Origin: Tissierellales bacterium
GTDB taxonomy: Bacteria > Bacillota > Clostridia > Tissierellales > Tissierellaceae
DNA: 64,000 nucleotides
Assembly (NCBI GenBank): GCA_030146915.1
Contig: JASLAT010000023.1
Coordinates: 39,183 to 103,182 of the forward strand
Direction: 5' to 3'
Shown here: positions 10,330-20,053 of the stretch, in pieces
Layout: every line of letters starts with the position of its first letter
How positions within the stretch are numbered: position 1 is the first letter of the stretch
Notes under the pieces: model-generated
The model's database searches: none
What the model was told of the DNA's origin: nothing
What the model saw: only the letters and a program-made list of their open reading frames with translations
Translations under genes and position numbers: made by a program

Positions 10330-11079
10330 ATGGTAGTTATAAAAACTAAAGAAGAAATAGCTAAAATGAAAGAGGCTGGTAAATTATTAGCTAATGTTCA
10401 TAAAGAAATAGCTAAAATGATAAAACCAGGGGTTAGCACTTGGGAAATTGAAGAATTTGTAAGGGACTATTTAGATAAACATGGTGCAACTGCTGAACAA
10501 ATTGGATACCATGGATATGAATATGCTACTTGTGCTTCTATAAATGATGAAATATGCCATGGTTTTCCAAGAAAAGAAAAGTTAAAAGAAGGAGATATAG
10601 TTACCATAGATATGGTAGTGAATTTAAATGGTTGGTTAGCCGACTCAGCTTGGAGCTATGCAGTAGGAAAAGTATCCGATGAGGCAAAAAAACTTATGGA
10701 AGTTACTAAAAAAGCTTTATATTTAGGAATAGAACAAGCTAAAGTAGGAAATAGATTGGGAGATATCGGACATGCGATTCAATCGTATGTGGAATCAGAA
10801 GGATTTTCCGTTGTTCGTGATTTTGTAGGACATGGAATTGGAAGGGATATGCATGAAGATCCTCAAGTATTACATTATGGAAATCCAGGAAGAGGTTTAA
10901 GATTATTAGAAGGTATGACCCTAACTATAGAACCTATGGTTAATACAGGAACTTATAAGTTAACCATAGATGATGATGGTTGGACTGCTAGAACATTGGA
11001 TGGTGGACTTTCTGCTCAGTATGAGCATACATTAGCAATAACGGAAGATGGGCCTATAATTTTGACAGAACAGGATTAG
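10330..11079 (+). CDS. map: Type I methionine aminopeptidase
   Basis: CHGFP, DMVVNLNGWLADS, VGHGIG and YEHT metal-ligand motifs are present. Confidence 0.95.
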   Translation: MVVIKTKEEIAKMKEAGKLLANVHKEIAKMIKPGVSTWEIEEFVRDYLDKHGATAEQIGYHGYEYATCASINDEICHGFPRKEKLKEGDIVTIDMVVNLNGWLADSAWSYAVGKVSDEAKKLMEVTKKALYLGIEQAKVGNRLGDIGHAIQSYVESEGFSVVRDFVGHGIGRDMHEDPQVLHYGNPGRGLRLLEGMTLTIEPMVNTGTYKLTIDDDGWTARTLDGGLSAQYEHTLAITEDGPIILTEQD

Positions 11080-11144
11080 TAGCATTTACTAAAAATATTT
11101 GATGTGGTACAATTTAAAGTTAATAATTGAATAGGAGGGAAGCT

Positions 11145-11792
11145 ATGAATAATTTGAAAAAATATACAGTTAAAGAAGAGATATTTAATAGTGTTACCCA
11201 TGGTTTAGGAGTAGTATTTGGAATAGTAGTTTTAGGTGTTTTACTTTATGGGGCCATAAGAAAAAATGATGTTAAATCCATAGTAGGCTTTAGTATATAT
11301 GGCGGATCATTAATACTTATGTATTTATTTTCAACCTTATATCATAGTATTCCTAAAAAAAGTATAAAAAAGATATTAAGAGTATTTGATCATAGTGGTA
11401 TCTTTATATTTATTGCTGGGACATTTACGCCTATAGCACTTTTAATTTTAAAAGGTAGGATGAGATTTTATAGCTTGTTATTTATGTGGGTAATAGCTAT
11501 AGTAGGTATTATTTTTAAATTAAGAACTTATAAAAATCTAGATAAGTATAAAATTTTATCTCTAGCATTGTATATAGGTATGGGATGGATAACAGTATTT
11601 ACTTTAAAAAGTATAATAAACAGAGTGGGTTTGAATTTTGTTATATATTTAGCCATTGGTGGTATAGTATATACAATAGGAACTATATTTTATGCAAATA
11701 AGAAGATACCATACAATCATGGTATTTGGCATCTATTTGTTTTAGCCGGTACTATAATACATTTTGCTGGTATATATAAATATCTGGCTTAA
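11145..11792 (+). CDS. Hemolysin III / PAQR family membrane protein
   Basis: Seven predicted TM segments, with the SxxYH (STLYHS), DHSGIF and HxFV (WHLFVL) motifs. The ATG at 11145 follows SD AGGAGGGA. Confidence 0.85.
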   Translation: MNNLKKYTVKEEIFNSVTHGLGVVFGIVVLGVLLYGAIRKNDVKSIVGFSIYGGSLILMYLFSTLYHSIPKKSIKKILRVFDHSGIFIFIAGTFTPIALLILKGRMRFYSLLFMWVIAIVGIIFKLRTYKNLDKYKILSLALYIGMGWITVFTLKSIINRVGLNFVIYLAIGGIVYTIGTIFYANKKIPYNHGIWHLFVLAGTIIHFAGIYKYLA

Positions 11793-11807
11793 AAGGAGGA
11801 AAAATTA

Positions 11808-12263
11808 ATGAAATTAGCAGAAGCTTTAATAGAAAGATCAAACCTACAGAAAGAATTGGCTGTTTTACAATACAGAATAAATGAGAATGTTAGAGTTCAA
11901 GAGGGAGATATCCCAGCAGAAGATCCAAATGAACTTTCAAGAACATATATAGAAAAACAAGGACGATTAACTTATCTTATTCAAAAAATTAATTATACTA
12001 ATTCTAATACTAAGTTTGATGATGCTATGACTATTGCTGATGCTTTAGCCAAAAGAGATGGACTAGAAAGTATTAAAAGTCATTTAAGTCAAATGGTGGA
12101 AGCAGCCAGTATAGCAAATGATAGGTTTACAAGAAGTGAGGTAAAATTCATAAGAACAATAGATATTCAAAGCTATCAGAAGAAGATAGATAAAATATCT
12201 AAAGATTGGAGAGAATTAGATACAAAAATACAGTCTTTAAACTGGACTGTAGATCTTAAATAA
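11808..12263 (+). CDS. DIP1984/septicolysin-like family protein
   Basis: The N-terminus MKLAEALIERSNLQKE, coiled-coil character and ~150 aa size match this family as I recall it. Confidence 0.55.
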   Translation: MKLAEALIERSNLQKELAVLQYRINENVRVQEGDIPAEDPNELSRTYIEKQGRLTYLIQKINYTNSNTKFDDAMTIADALAKRDGLESIKSHLSQMVEAASIANDRFTRSEVKFIRTIDIQSYQKKIDKISKDWRELDTKIQSLNWTVDLK

Positions 12264-12445
12264 TAAAGTAGGTAGTCTAGAAGAAAGCGAATACAAAAAA
12301 ATACTCAAGATTAGCCTTGGGACATGGCAATAGATAAAAGTTAGGTCCATAAAAGTTACATGAGTACAAATTAAAGTTATAAATTACTACCAAGTATTGA
12401 TTCTTTTAGATGAGGGTGGGTTTGGGGAATACTTAAGGAGGAAGC

Positions 12446-13792
12446 ATGAAAACGAGAACTAAAGACTTAACTAGAGGTGATATAACCTCTACTTTGATAA
12501 AGTTAGCAATACCTATAATGGCAACCTCTTTAGTTAATATGCTTTATAATTTAACTGACATGATGTGGCTAGGAAGGTATAGTACACAATCTGCGGCTGC
12601 TGCTGGAACAGCTGGATATTTTACATCTTTAGCAGCAGGTATTATACTAATAGTGCAAACTGGATCATCAATAGGAGTAGCACAATCTTTTGGAAAAAAA
12701 GATTATGAAGGTGTGGGAGAATATATATCAAATGGGTTAAAACTAAACTTATTATTAGCCCTTACATATTCTCTCATACTTTTTATATTTAGGGAACCGT
12801 TAGTAGATTTTTTTAAAATAGATAATTTAAGAGTGGTAGAAGAAACTCAAAGTTATCTAAAAATAATTAGTGTAGGATTATTATTTCAGTTTTTTAATCC
12901 TGTTTTTTCATCAATATTTAATGCGATGGGTAACAGTGTTACTCCTTTTAAAATCAATACGGTTGGCTTAGCACTAAACATAATATTGGACCCTATATTA
13001 ATATTCGGTATAGGTCCCTTTAAAGAGTTAGGAATAGTTGGAGCAGGGCTTGCAACTTCTTTAGCACAGATTGTGGTTTTATTACTTTTTTTATTAGAGC
13101 TAGTAAGACATAGGCAGCATTTTATGAATGTTAGTATAATAAAACCTTTTAATAAAAAGTACTTAAAGAAAATTTTATCTTTAGGATTACCAGGTTTTTT
13201 AGAAGCCACATTAAGAACATCTATAGGTATGATAATGTTAAAGATATTGGCAGTTTGGGGAGATAAAGCTATAGCTGTCCAATCAGTAGGTATACAGATT
13301 GAATCAATATCGTGGATGAGTGCCCAAGGATTTTCTAGTGCTCTTTCATCCTTTTCGGGTCAAAACTATGGTGTTAGGAATATAGAAAGAGTTAATGAAG
13401 GGTACAATAAGGGAATAAAAATTGTTGGTCTGCTTGGGCTTATAGTATCTTTTGTTTTTATATTTTTAGGAGAGTTTATTTTTAGTTTGTTTTTACCAGA
13501 AGATCCTTTAGCTATACAAATGGGTGGAAACTATCTTCGGATACTAGGTTTTTCTCAGACATTTATGTGTATTGAAATAGCAACTATGGGGTGCTTTAAT
13601 GGGATATCAAGGCCTATTATTCCATCAGTTATAAGTGTAGGTATGAATGGACTACGAATTCCGATTTCAAAAATATTGTCTGCAACAGGTTTAGGCTTAG
13701 ATGGAATATGGTGGGCTATTAGTGGAACAAGCATAATAAAAGGCCTTCTAACATATCCATTATGTAAGTATACTTTAAATAGGTTAGATTAA
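12446..13792 (+). CDS. MATE family efflux transporter (copy 1)
   Basis: 12-TM protein with an N-terminus LTRGDITSTLIKLAIPIMATSLVNMLYNLTDMMWLG typical of MATE. Confidence 0.9.
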   Translation: MKTRTKDLTRGDITSTLIKLAIPIMATSLVNMLYNLTDMMWLGRYSTQSAAAAGTAGYFTSLAAGIILIVQTGSSIGVAQSFGKKDYEGVGEYISNGLKLNLLLALTYSLILFIFREPLVDFFKIDNLRVVEETQSYLKIISVGLLFQFFNPVFSSIFNAMGNSVTPFKINTVGLALNIILDPILIFGIGPFKELGIVGAGLATSLAQIVVLLLFLLELVRHRQHFMNVSIIKPFNKKYLKKILSLGLPGFLEATLRTSIGMIMLKILAVWGDKAIAVQSVGIQIESISWMSAQGFSSALSSFSGQNYGVRNIERVNEGYNKGIKIVGLLGLIVSFVFIFLGEFIFSLFLPEDPLAIQMGGNYLRILGFSQTFMCIEIATMGCFNGISRPIIPSVISVGMNGLRIPISKILSATGLGLDGIWWAISGTSIIKGLLTYPLCKYTLNRLD

Positions 13793-13819
13793 AAGTATTC
13801 TTCTTAGAAGAATACTTTT
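13791..13819 (+). terminator. Hairpin/terminator between the two MATE genes
   Basis: A 13-bp perfect stem aaaagtattcttc/gaagaatactttt has a 3-nt loop. Confidence 0.7.
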
Positions 13820-13848
13820 ATAATGATTATTTTGGTAAGGAGGTATAT

Positions 13849-15198
13849 ATGGCTAGAAGAGGTAGAGATTTAACAAAAGGAAATATAACTAGTACATTAA
13901 TTAAATTAGCCCTGCCTACAATGGGTACTGGTTTAGTAAACATGCTATATAGTTTGACTGATATTATGTGGTTAGGATGGCATAGTACTAAGTCATTAGC
14001 GGCAGCAGGTGCAGCAGGGTTTTTCATATGGTTTGCTGCAGGCGTAATAATGATCTCTCAGGTAGGTGTTGGTATAGGAGTAGCGCAGTCTTATGGGAAA
14101 AATGATAAGGAGGCACTAGCTTCTTATATTTCAAATGGACTGAAATTAAATTTGTTTTTAGCTTTAAGTTATTCTTTTTTAATGTTTACATTTAGACATA
14201 ATTTAATAGGATTTTATGGTATGGAAGATCCAAGTGTAGTTCAACAAGCTATATGGTATATGGAAATTATAAGTATAGGCCTTATTTTTCAGTTTTTTAA
14301 CCCAGTTATATCAGCTATATTTAACTCTACTGGAAATAGTTTAACACCTTTTATTATAAATACCATAGGATTAATTGCTAATATGATATTAGACCCTCTT
14401 TTAATTTTTGGATATGGACCTTTTCCAGCTTTAGGAATTAAGGGAGCTGCTATTGCTACTACACTAGCTCAACTTACAGTACTATCGTGTTTTATAGTAC
14501 TTTCTTATAGGAGTCCTGAATTATTTGAAGGAGTAAAAATATTTAAAAAACCAGATATGACTTATGTTAAAAGAATTGTGAAACTAGGATTTCCAGGTTT
14601 TTTACAAAACTCTATGCATTCTGGTATAAGTATGGTTATTGCTAAAATACTAGCGGCATGGGGTGAAACAGCAATAGCAGTTCAATCTGTAGGTGCACAA
14701 ATTGAATCTATATCTTGGATGACAGCCGAGGGATTTTCTGCCGCTTTAACAGCTTTTGTTGGACAAAATTATGGTGCTAGGAATATAGACAGGGTTCAGG
14801 AAGGATATAAAAAAGGAACTTTAATAGTATCAAGCATTGGTCTATTTGCTGCTATATTATTTATATTTTTTGGTGAATCAATATTTAGTCTTTTCGTTCC
14901 TAATGATCCAGAGGCTATATCACTAGGAAAAGATTATTTAAGAATTTTAGGCTATTCACAGGTATTTATATGTATGGAGATATCTTCAATGGGAGCATTT
15001 AATGGTATAGGGAGACCTGTTATCCCAGCAGTGATAGGTATGACTTTAAATGCTTTAAGGATACCAATATCATTATTTTTATCAAAAGGTCCATTAGGAT
15101 TAAATGGTATATGGTGGAGTATAGCAGGAACGAGTATAGTCAAGGGAAGTTTATCTACACCACTTTGTATATATAGTCTAAATAGGTTGGAAGAATAA
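13849..15198 (+). CDS. MATE family efflux transporter (copy 2, tandem paralogue)
   Basis: Collinear with copy 1 over the full length (LTKGNITSTLIKLALPTMGTGLVNMLYSLTDIMWLG ...). Confidence 0.9.
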   Translation: MARRGRDLTKGNITSTLIKLALPTMGTGLVNMLYSLTDIMWLGWHSTKSLAAAGAAGFFIWFAAGVIMISQVGVGIGVAQSYGKNDKEALASYISNGLKLNLFLALSYSFLMFTFRHNLIGFYGMEDPSVVQQAIWYMEIISIGLIFQFFNPVISAIFNSTGNSLTPFIINTIGLIANMILDPLLIFGYGPFPALGIKGAAIATTLAQLTVLSCFIVLSYRSPELFEGVKIFKKPDMTYVKRIVKLGFPGFLQNSMHSGISMVIAKILAAWGETAIAVQSVGAQIESISWMTAEGFSAALTAFVGQNYGARNIDRVQEGYKKGTLIVSSIGLFAAILFIFFGESIFSLFVPNDPEAISLGKDYLRILGYSQVFICMEISSMGAFNGIGRPVIPAVIGMTLNALRIPISLFLSKGPLGLNGIWWSIAGTSIVKGSLSTPLCIYSLNRLEE

Positions 15199-15242
15199 CA
15201 AAAAAACTGTATAATAAAGTAGAAAGAAATGGTGGTGGATAT

Positions 15243-15923
15243 ATGCTAGGCATTGAAGAAATAATATTTAAACTTATATTGGCCTCTCTTTTAGGCAGTA
15301 TCATAGGAATTGAAAGAGAGATCAATAAAAGACCTGCAGGATTAAGAACCCATGTTTTAGTAACTTTAGGAGCTACTCTAATAACAATAGTTTCTATATC
15401 AGGTGCAGTTAAAACTGGTTATGGTGACCCATATAGGTTAGCAGCACAGGTTGTAAGTGGTATAGGTTTTTTAGGTGCGGGAACAATTATGCAAAGAGAA
15501 GATGAAGTAGATGGCTTAACTACAGCAGCTAGTTTGTGGGTAACTGCAGGTATAGGTATGGGTATAGGAACAGGATATTACCTAGCCTCTGTTACTACTG
15601 CCGTTATGGTGCTTATTGTTCTTATGAGTTTGGGAATATATGAAGATATAACCATATCTAGGAAATACAGTATTGTCAAATTACAGTTACTGAATAATCC
15701 GGATATTATAGAGTCAGCTAGTAAATATTTAGAACAATGTAACATAAATATTAAGGGAGTTTTCTTTCCAGATGAGCAAAAAGCTCAAGATGATTTTATA
15801 GATATTAGCTATAAGGTTAGTATTCCAAAAAGATGTGATAGAACCATACTTGTGGATGATTTAATGTCTTGTGCTGGAATAAGAAAAGTAGAAATCTTAA
15901 GATATGGAGGAGAAAAACAGTGA
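15243..15923 (+). CDS. MgtC/SapB family membrane protein (copy 1)
   Basis: [21 protein letters not shown] and [16 protein letters not shown] motifs, plus a C-terminal soluble domain. Confidence 0.85.
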   Translation: MLGIEEIIFKLILASLLGSIIGIEREINKRPAGLRTHVLVTLGATLITIVSISGAVKTGYGDPYRLAAQVVSGIGFLGAGTIMQREDEVDGLTTAASLWVTAGIGMGIGTGYYLASVTTAVMVLIVLMSLGIYEDITISRKYSIVKLQLLNNPDIIESASKYLEQCNINIKGVFFPDEQKAQDDFIDISYKVSIPKRCDRTILVDDLMSCAGIRKVEILRYGGEKQ

Positions 15924-16669
15924 GAAAATATATATTCATAAGTATTTTGATAGCATCTTTAAGTACAACGCTAATGGGTTGTGAAAAGGAAGCTATAAGA
16001 GACGATGTTATTGATCAAAAAGAAGTTATTGAAGAAAATGTAGAAGAAAATGCAGAGGAAAATAATAAGGAGGAGTTAAAAATGAATCAATTAGAAATGC
16101 CAAAGCAAGGTGAAGAAGTAGCTGTATTGTCAACAAATATGGGAGATATAAAAATTAGACTTTTCCCAGAAGCTGCACCAAAAGCAGTTGAGAATTTTGA
16201 AACACATATAAAAAATGGATATTATGATGGATTAACTTTTCATAGAGTTATGGATGGATTTATGATTCAAGGTGGTGATCCAACAGGTATAGGAATTGGT
16301 GGAGAAAGTATATGGGGTAAACCATTTGAGGATGAGTTCCATAAAGATTATAGAAATTTTAGAGGGGCTTTATCAATGGCTAACTCAGGACCTAATACAA
16401 ATGGAAGTCAATTTTTTATAGTTCAAGCAAAAGAAATGCCAAATCAAGTATTAGAATTACTTGAAAGTGGATCTTTTTCTGAAGAGATAAAAGAAGCTTA
16501 TAAATCTTTAGGAGGAACTCCATGGTTGGATGGTGGCCATACAGTTTTTGGTCAAGTTTATGATGGCATGGAAGTAGTTGATGCTATAGCAAAAGTTAAG
16601 ACAGATGGAAATGATAAACCGTTAGAAGAGATAGTAATAAAAGAAGCTAAAATAGTGACGGTAGATTAA
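15920..16669 (+). CDS. Cyclophilin-type peptidyl-prolyl isomerase, lipoprotein
   Basis: [15 protein letters not shown] and [11 protein letters not shown] motifs. The GTG at 15920 gives [21 protein letters not shown] with a lipobox. The start overlaps the mgtC stop (GTGA), and SD GGAGGAG lies at 15906-15912. Confidence 0.88.
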   Translation: MRKYIFISILIASLSTTLMGCEKEAIRDDVIDQKEVIEENVEENAEENNKEELKMNQLEMPKQGEEVAVLSTNMGDIKIRLFPEAAPKAVENFETHIKNGYYDGLTFHRVMDGFMIQGGDPTGIGIGGESIWGKPFEDEFHKDYRNFRGALSMANSGPNTNGSQFFIVQAKEMPNQVLELLESGSFSEEIKEAYKSLGGTPWLDGGHTVFGQVYDGMEVVDAIAKVKTDGNDKPLEEIVIKEAKIVTVD

Positions 16670-16682
16670 CAGGAGGATTGTG

Positions 16683-17252
16683 ATGCATCAATATAAAGGT
16701 AGGTTAATTGTTCATACAGGCTCTATGTTTTCTGGAAAAACCTCAAGCTTAGAAAAAGATATTAGCAGATTTAAAATTGCAGGTTATAATACTTTAGCAT
16801 TTAAACCTATTGTAGATAGTAGGTATTCTAAAACTGAAATTGTAACTCATAATAATACTTGTCTTCAAGCTATAGCAATTGAAGAAATTAAAGATATTGT
16901 AGAATATTGTGAAGATAAAAAGCCAGATGTTATAGGAATAGATGAGGTTCAATTTTTAAAAGGAGAAATTAGCTCAATAATAGATGGTATTATGCATTTT
17001 TTATCTAAGGGTATTACCATAGTTGTTGCTGGATTGGACATGGATTTTACAGGTAAACCCTTTGAAATTGTTAAGGAACTAATGCCTATATCTGACTACT
17101 TACATAAGCATCATGCTGTATGTGTATCTTGTGGAACAGATGCTTGGATCAGTCATAGAAAGAGCAATAAAGAAGAGAGAATAGTAATAGGAGCTGTAGA
17201 AGAGTATGAACCGCTTTGTAGAAAGTGTTTTTTAGAAACTAAATCTAAATAA
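16683..17252 (+). CDS. tdk: Thymidine kinase
   Basis: P-loop GSMFSGKTS, DEVQF, and a C-terminal zinc-binding CxxC...CxxC. Confidence 0.9.
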   Translation: MHQYKGRLIVHTGSMFSGKTSSLEKDISRFKIAGYNTLAFKPIVDSRYSKTEIVTHNNTCLQAIAIEEIKDIVEYCEDKKPDVIGIDEVQFLKGEISSIIDGIMHFLSKGITIVVAGLDMDFTGKPFEIVKELMPISDYLHKHHAVCVSCGTDAWISHRKSNKEERIVIGAVEEYEPLCRKCFLETKSK

Positions 17253-17274
17253 AGCTGAAAGTATAGGTGGGAAA

Positions 17275-17934
17275 ATGATAAAAACAGAAGAGTTGATTTT
17301 TAGACTTTTTTTAGCCACTATAATTGGTGGAATTATAGGTGCGGAAAGAGAAACAACTAGACGACCAGCTGGGCTAAGAACTCATACTTTAGTAACTTTA
17401 GGATCAGCTCTATATATGTTACTCTCATTATATGGACATGATAAGGCTAAAGCTTTAGGGCTAAATACAGATCCACATAGAATTGCAGCTCAGGTTGTTA
17501 GTGGAATGGGTTTTTTAGGGGCTGGTACTATAATCAGAACTCAAGGAAAAGTATATGGGTTGACCACGGCAGCTAATTTATGGGTTTGTGCAGCAATAGG
17601 ACTCTGTATAGGTGGTGGATATTACTTTATATCTATAATATCTGCTTTTATAGTATTAATCACTCTAGTTACTGTAACTAGTGATGAAACTAAAAGTTTT
17701 AAAGTAGAATATAAAAAGCTAATAATAACAAGTGAGGACCGTAATGGTTTGATGAAAGATATAGGTAAGAGCTTGGCAGATAATCATATAACTATTCAAA
17801 AAGTAGGGCTACTAAAGAACCAAAATAATCTAGATATAAATATATTATTAAAATTACCATTTAATATGAATAGTGATATAATATTTTCTTCTATTGAAAA
17901 AATAGATGGAGTAAAAACAGTAAGTATAGAATAA
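17275..17934 (+). CDS. MgtC/SapB family membrane protein (copy 2)
   Basis: Same motifs as copy 1 ([15 protein letters not shown]; [16 protein letters not shown]). Confidence 0.85.
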   Translation: MIKTEELIFRLFLATIIGGIIGAERETTRRPAGLRTHTLVTLGSALYMLLSLYGHDKAKALGLNTDPHRIAAQVVSGMGFLGAGTIIRTQGKVYGLTTAANLWVCAAIGLCIGGGYYFISIISAFIVLITLVTVTSDETKSFKVEYKKLIITSEDRNGLMKDIGKSLADNHITIQKVGLLKNQNNLDINILLKLPFNMNSDIIFSSIEKIDGVKTVSIE

Positions 17935-17951
17935 AACGGAGGGAATACAAA

Positions 17952-18785
17952 ATGAATTATATAAAATTTAAGCCCTCAAGAGTAGAAATATATGATAAGC
18001 AAAAAGATGACAAGTATTATATATTTAGATCAAACAAGGTTTTAATAAATAAAAAAGATTATTCTTTACCAAATAGGTCTTATGTTGAAAAGAACTTAGA
18101 GCTAAAAGATTGTCTTTGTATGGGTGGATATCAAGGCTATAATTATTATCAGGCTAATATAGACTGTAATGATATCGATAAGGATTATAAATTTGTCGAC
18201 TTGAGAAAATTTATGGAAAATACAGATAAGGATATTGAATATAGAATTGCTTCAAGAGCGTCTTTAATAAATAGCTTTAAAGATAGAAATGAGAATTGTG
18301 GTTATTGTGGTGGAGAAACTATTTTAATCGACCATAGGGAGGATTGGGCTGTAAGATGTAGTGACTGTGGTATGTATAACTGGCCTACAACTTCTCCAGC
18401 TATAATAGTTGCTGTTACCAAAGAAGATAAGCTTTTAATGGGAAGTAACGTAAGATGGGCAGATGATAGGTATAGTGTAATTGCTGGATTTGTTGAAATG
18501 GGAGAAAATTTTGAGGATGCAGTAAAAAGAGAAGTACTTGAAGAAACGGGTATCAAGGTAAAAAACATTAAGTACTTTGGATCCCAAGCTTGGCCTTTTC
18601 CAAACTCTATGATGATAGGATTTACTGCAGAATATTTGTCAGGGGATATAGTTATTGAAAAAGAAGAGTTAACTGATGTAAAATGGTTTAAAAAGGAAGA
18701 AATTCCGGGTAAATTTAATAACTCAAAAAGCATAGGTTCTAAACTTATAAGATGGTTTCTAAATGAATATAAATATAAAAAATAA
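17952..18785 (+). CDS. nudC: NAD(+)/NADH diphosphatase NudC (Nudix)
   Basis: Zinc ribbon CGYCGG...CSDCG, Nudix box GFVEMGENFEDAVKREVLEETGI, and the NudC signature SQAWPFPNS. Confidence 0.85.
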   Translation: MNYIKFKPSRVEIYDKQKDDKYYIFRSNKVLINKKDYSLPNRSYVEKNLELKDCLCMGGYQGYNYYQANIDCNDIDKDYKFVDLRKFMENTDKDIEYRIASRASLINSFKDRNENCGYCGGETILIDHREDWAVRCSDCGMYNWPTTSPAIIVAVTKEDKLLMGSNVRWADDRYSVIAGFVEMGENFEDAVKREVLEETGIKVKNIKYFGSQAWPFPNSMMIGFTAEYLSGDIVIEKEELTDVKWFKKEEIPGKFNNSKSIGSKLIRWFLNEYKYKK

Positions 18786-18816
18786 GGTTGCTAATATTAA
18801 AGCAACCTTATTTTTT
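18783..18816. terminator. Bidirectional terminator between nudC and the rodA-like gene
   Basis: Stem taaggttgct/agcaacctta is flanked by A-run and T-run. Confidence 0.85.
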
Positions 18817-19930
18817 AAAATTTTAAATTTTCTCTATGGACTGCTACACTTAATGCCAAACCTACAGATACTAAATTTACTAATTGAAATGTTCCACCAT
18901 GGCTAATAAAGGGTAGTGGTATTCCTGTAATCGGCATAACTCCCAATGTCATACCTATATTTTCAAAAACATGAAAAACTAATATAGCCGCAATTCCAAT
19001 AACGATCAAAGATCCAAATAAGTCTGTACTTTCTCTTGCTATTTCAATTAATCTTTTTAGGAAAATAAAATAAAGGATAATTAAAAATAGACCACCTACA
19101 AAGCCTAGTTCCTCAACAATTACTGGGAAAATAAAGTCATCTTGTTTCTGTGGGATATATTGAAATTGTGTTTGAACGCCTTTAAAAAGTCCTCTCCCCC
19201 AAAACTTACCTGACCCTATGGCTATTCTACCTTGTATAGCTTGATAATTAGTATTAGAAGCATCTCTTTCAGGATCTAAAAAGTTAAAAATTCTATCTTT
19301 TTGGTATTGATCCAGCCTAAACCAAAGTACTGGTAAACTCATTATACCAAGTACTAGTGCAGATATTATATACTTCCATCTTACTCCTGCTACAAATAAC
19401 ATAGCTGCTATAAAAAATATAAATACCATAGCTGTTCCAGCATCTGGTTGTCCTAGGATAAGAACAACTGGGAACATAGCAAAGGCTAAAACTTTTAGAA
19501 GGGTTATCGGCTCATTAAGCGTATGTTTATTTATATCTATATATTTTGAAAGAGATATAATAAGTCCTAGTTTAACAAACTCAGAAGGTTGAAAAACGAT
19601 ACCACCTATACTTAGCCATGAGTCTGCACCCCATTGTTCCCCACCTATTCCAAAAAATAAAACAAGTACTAATAAAAAATTTGATATAGCATATATATGT
19701 AGGTAAAAATCACCTAATATTTGATAATCAAAAAATAAAAAGAATATTATAGCTATTGAGCCTAAAAATGTAGCAGCTCCTTGTGCCCTTAATATTCTAA
19801 AACTTTTTTCAGGTGGGAAACTTAAAGTAGCGCTATATAGCATTATAAATCCAAAGGTGCATAAGATTAATGTTGTAAAAAACAAAGTGTAATCAAACCT
19901 TTTTCCAAATCTTTTCTTTAAGTTAATCAT
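18815..19930 (-). CDS. FtsW/RodA/SpoVE family peptidoglycan glycosyltransferase
   Basis: Ten-TM SEDS protein with QPSEFVKL, GQPDAGTA and PLPFISHGG(T) motifs. Confidence 0.9.
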   Translation of the reverse strand: MINLKKRFGKRFDYTLFFTTLILCTFGFIMLYSATLSFPPEKSFRILRAQGAATFLGSIAIIFFLFFDYQILGDFYLHIYAISNFLLVLVLFFGIGGEQWGADSWLSIGGIVFQPSEFVKLGLIISLSKYIDINKHTLNEPITLLKVLAFAMFPVVLILGQPDAGTAMVFIFFIAAMLFVAGVRWKYIISALVLGIMSLPVLWFRLDQYQKDRIFNFLDPERDASNTNYQAIQGRIAIGSGKFWGRGLFKGVQTQFQYIPQKQDDFIFPVIVEELGFVGGLFLIILYFIFLKRLIEIARESTDLFGSLIVIGIAAILVFHVFENIGMTLGVMPITGIPLPFISHGGTFQLVNLVSVGLALSVAVHRENLKF

Positions 19931-20053
19931 ATAAAACTCCTTTACTAAATAACTTAGTGTATTATATCATATTATAGATGAATATATAAGTAAAACTGTC
20001 AATAATACTTATAGTGTAATATATTTTAAATATAAATATTAAGGGGGGATATT

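Noticed and set aside
12290-12445. Faint resemblance to the guanidine-I (ykkC) riboswitch (CUUGGGACAUGGC ... AGGUCCAUAAAAG ... GGGUGGGUUUGGGG) ahead of the MATE efflux gene.
   Set aside because: The conserved GGUCCGAGAG and ACGGCGGGA..CCCGGGAGA elements are not present, and the G-rich 3' segment cannot form the required P3 hairpin. The resemblance is superficial.
15869-15919. N-terminal ORF extensions suggested by the track: 15869 for ppi, 25296 for trxB, 46394 for the thioesterase, 52706 for apt, 55795 for csp, 21027 for DUF503, and 5717, 9394, 11127, 16680, 29020, 30125, 35544 and 41896 for other genes.
   Set aside because: In each case an internal start codon sits at proper distance from a strong SD and yields the N-terminus typical of the family. 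The extensions overlap upstream genes or SD sequences and add non-homologous residues.
16031-16066. Three imperfect tandem 12-nt repeats (gaagaaaatgta/gaagaaaatgca/gaggaaaataat) encoding [12 protein letters not shown] in the linker of the lipoprotein cyclophilin.
   Set aside because: It is a short, imperfect, in-frame acidic linker repeat. This is plausible slippage-prone sequence, but nothing suggests phase variation or function beyond a flexible tether.
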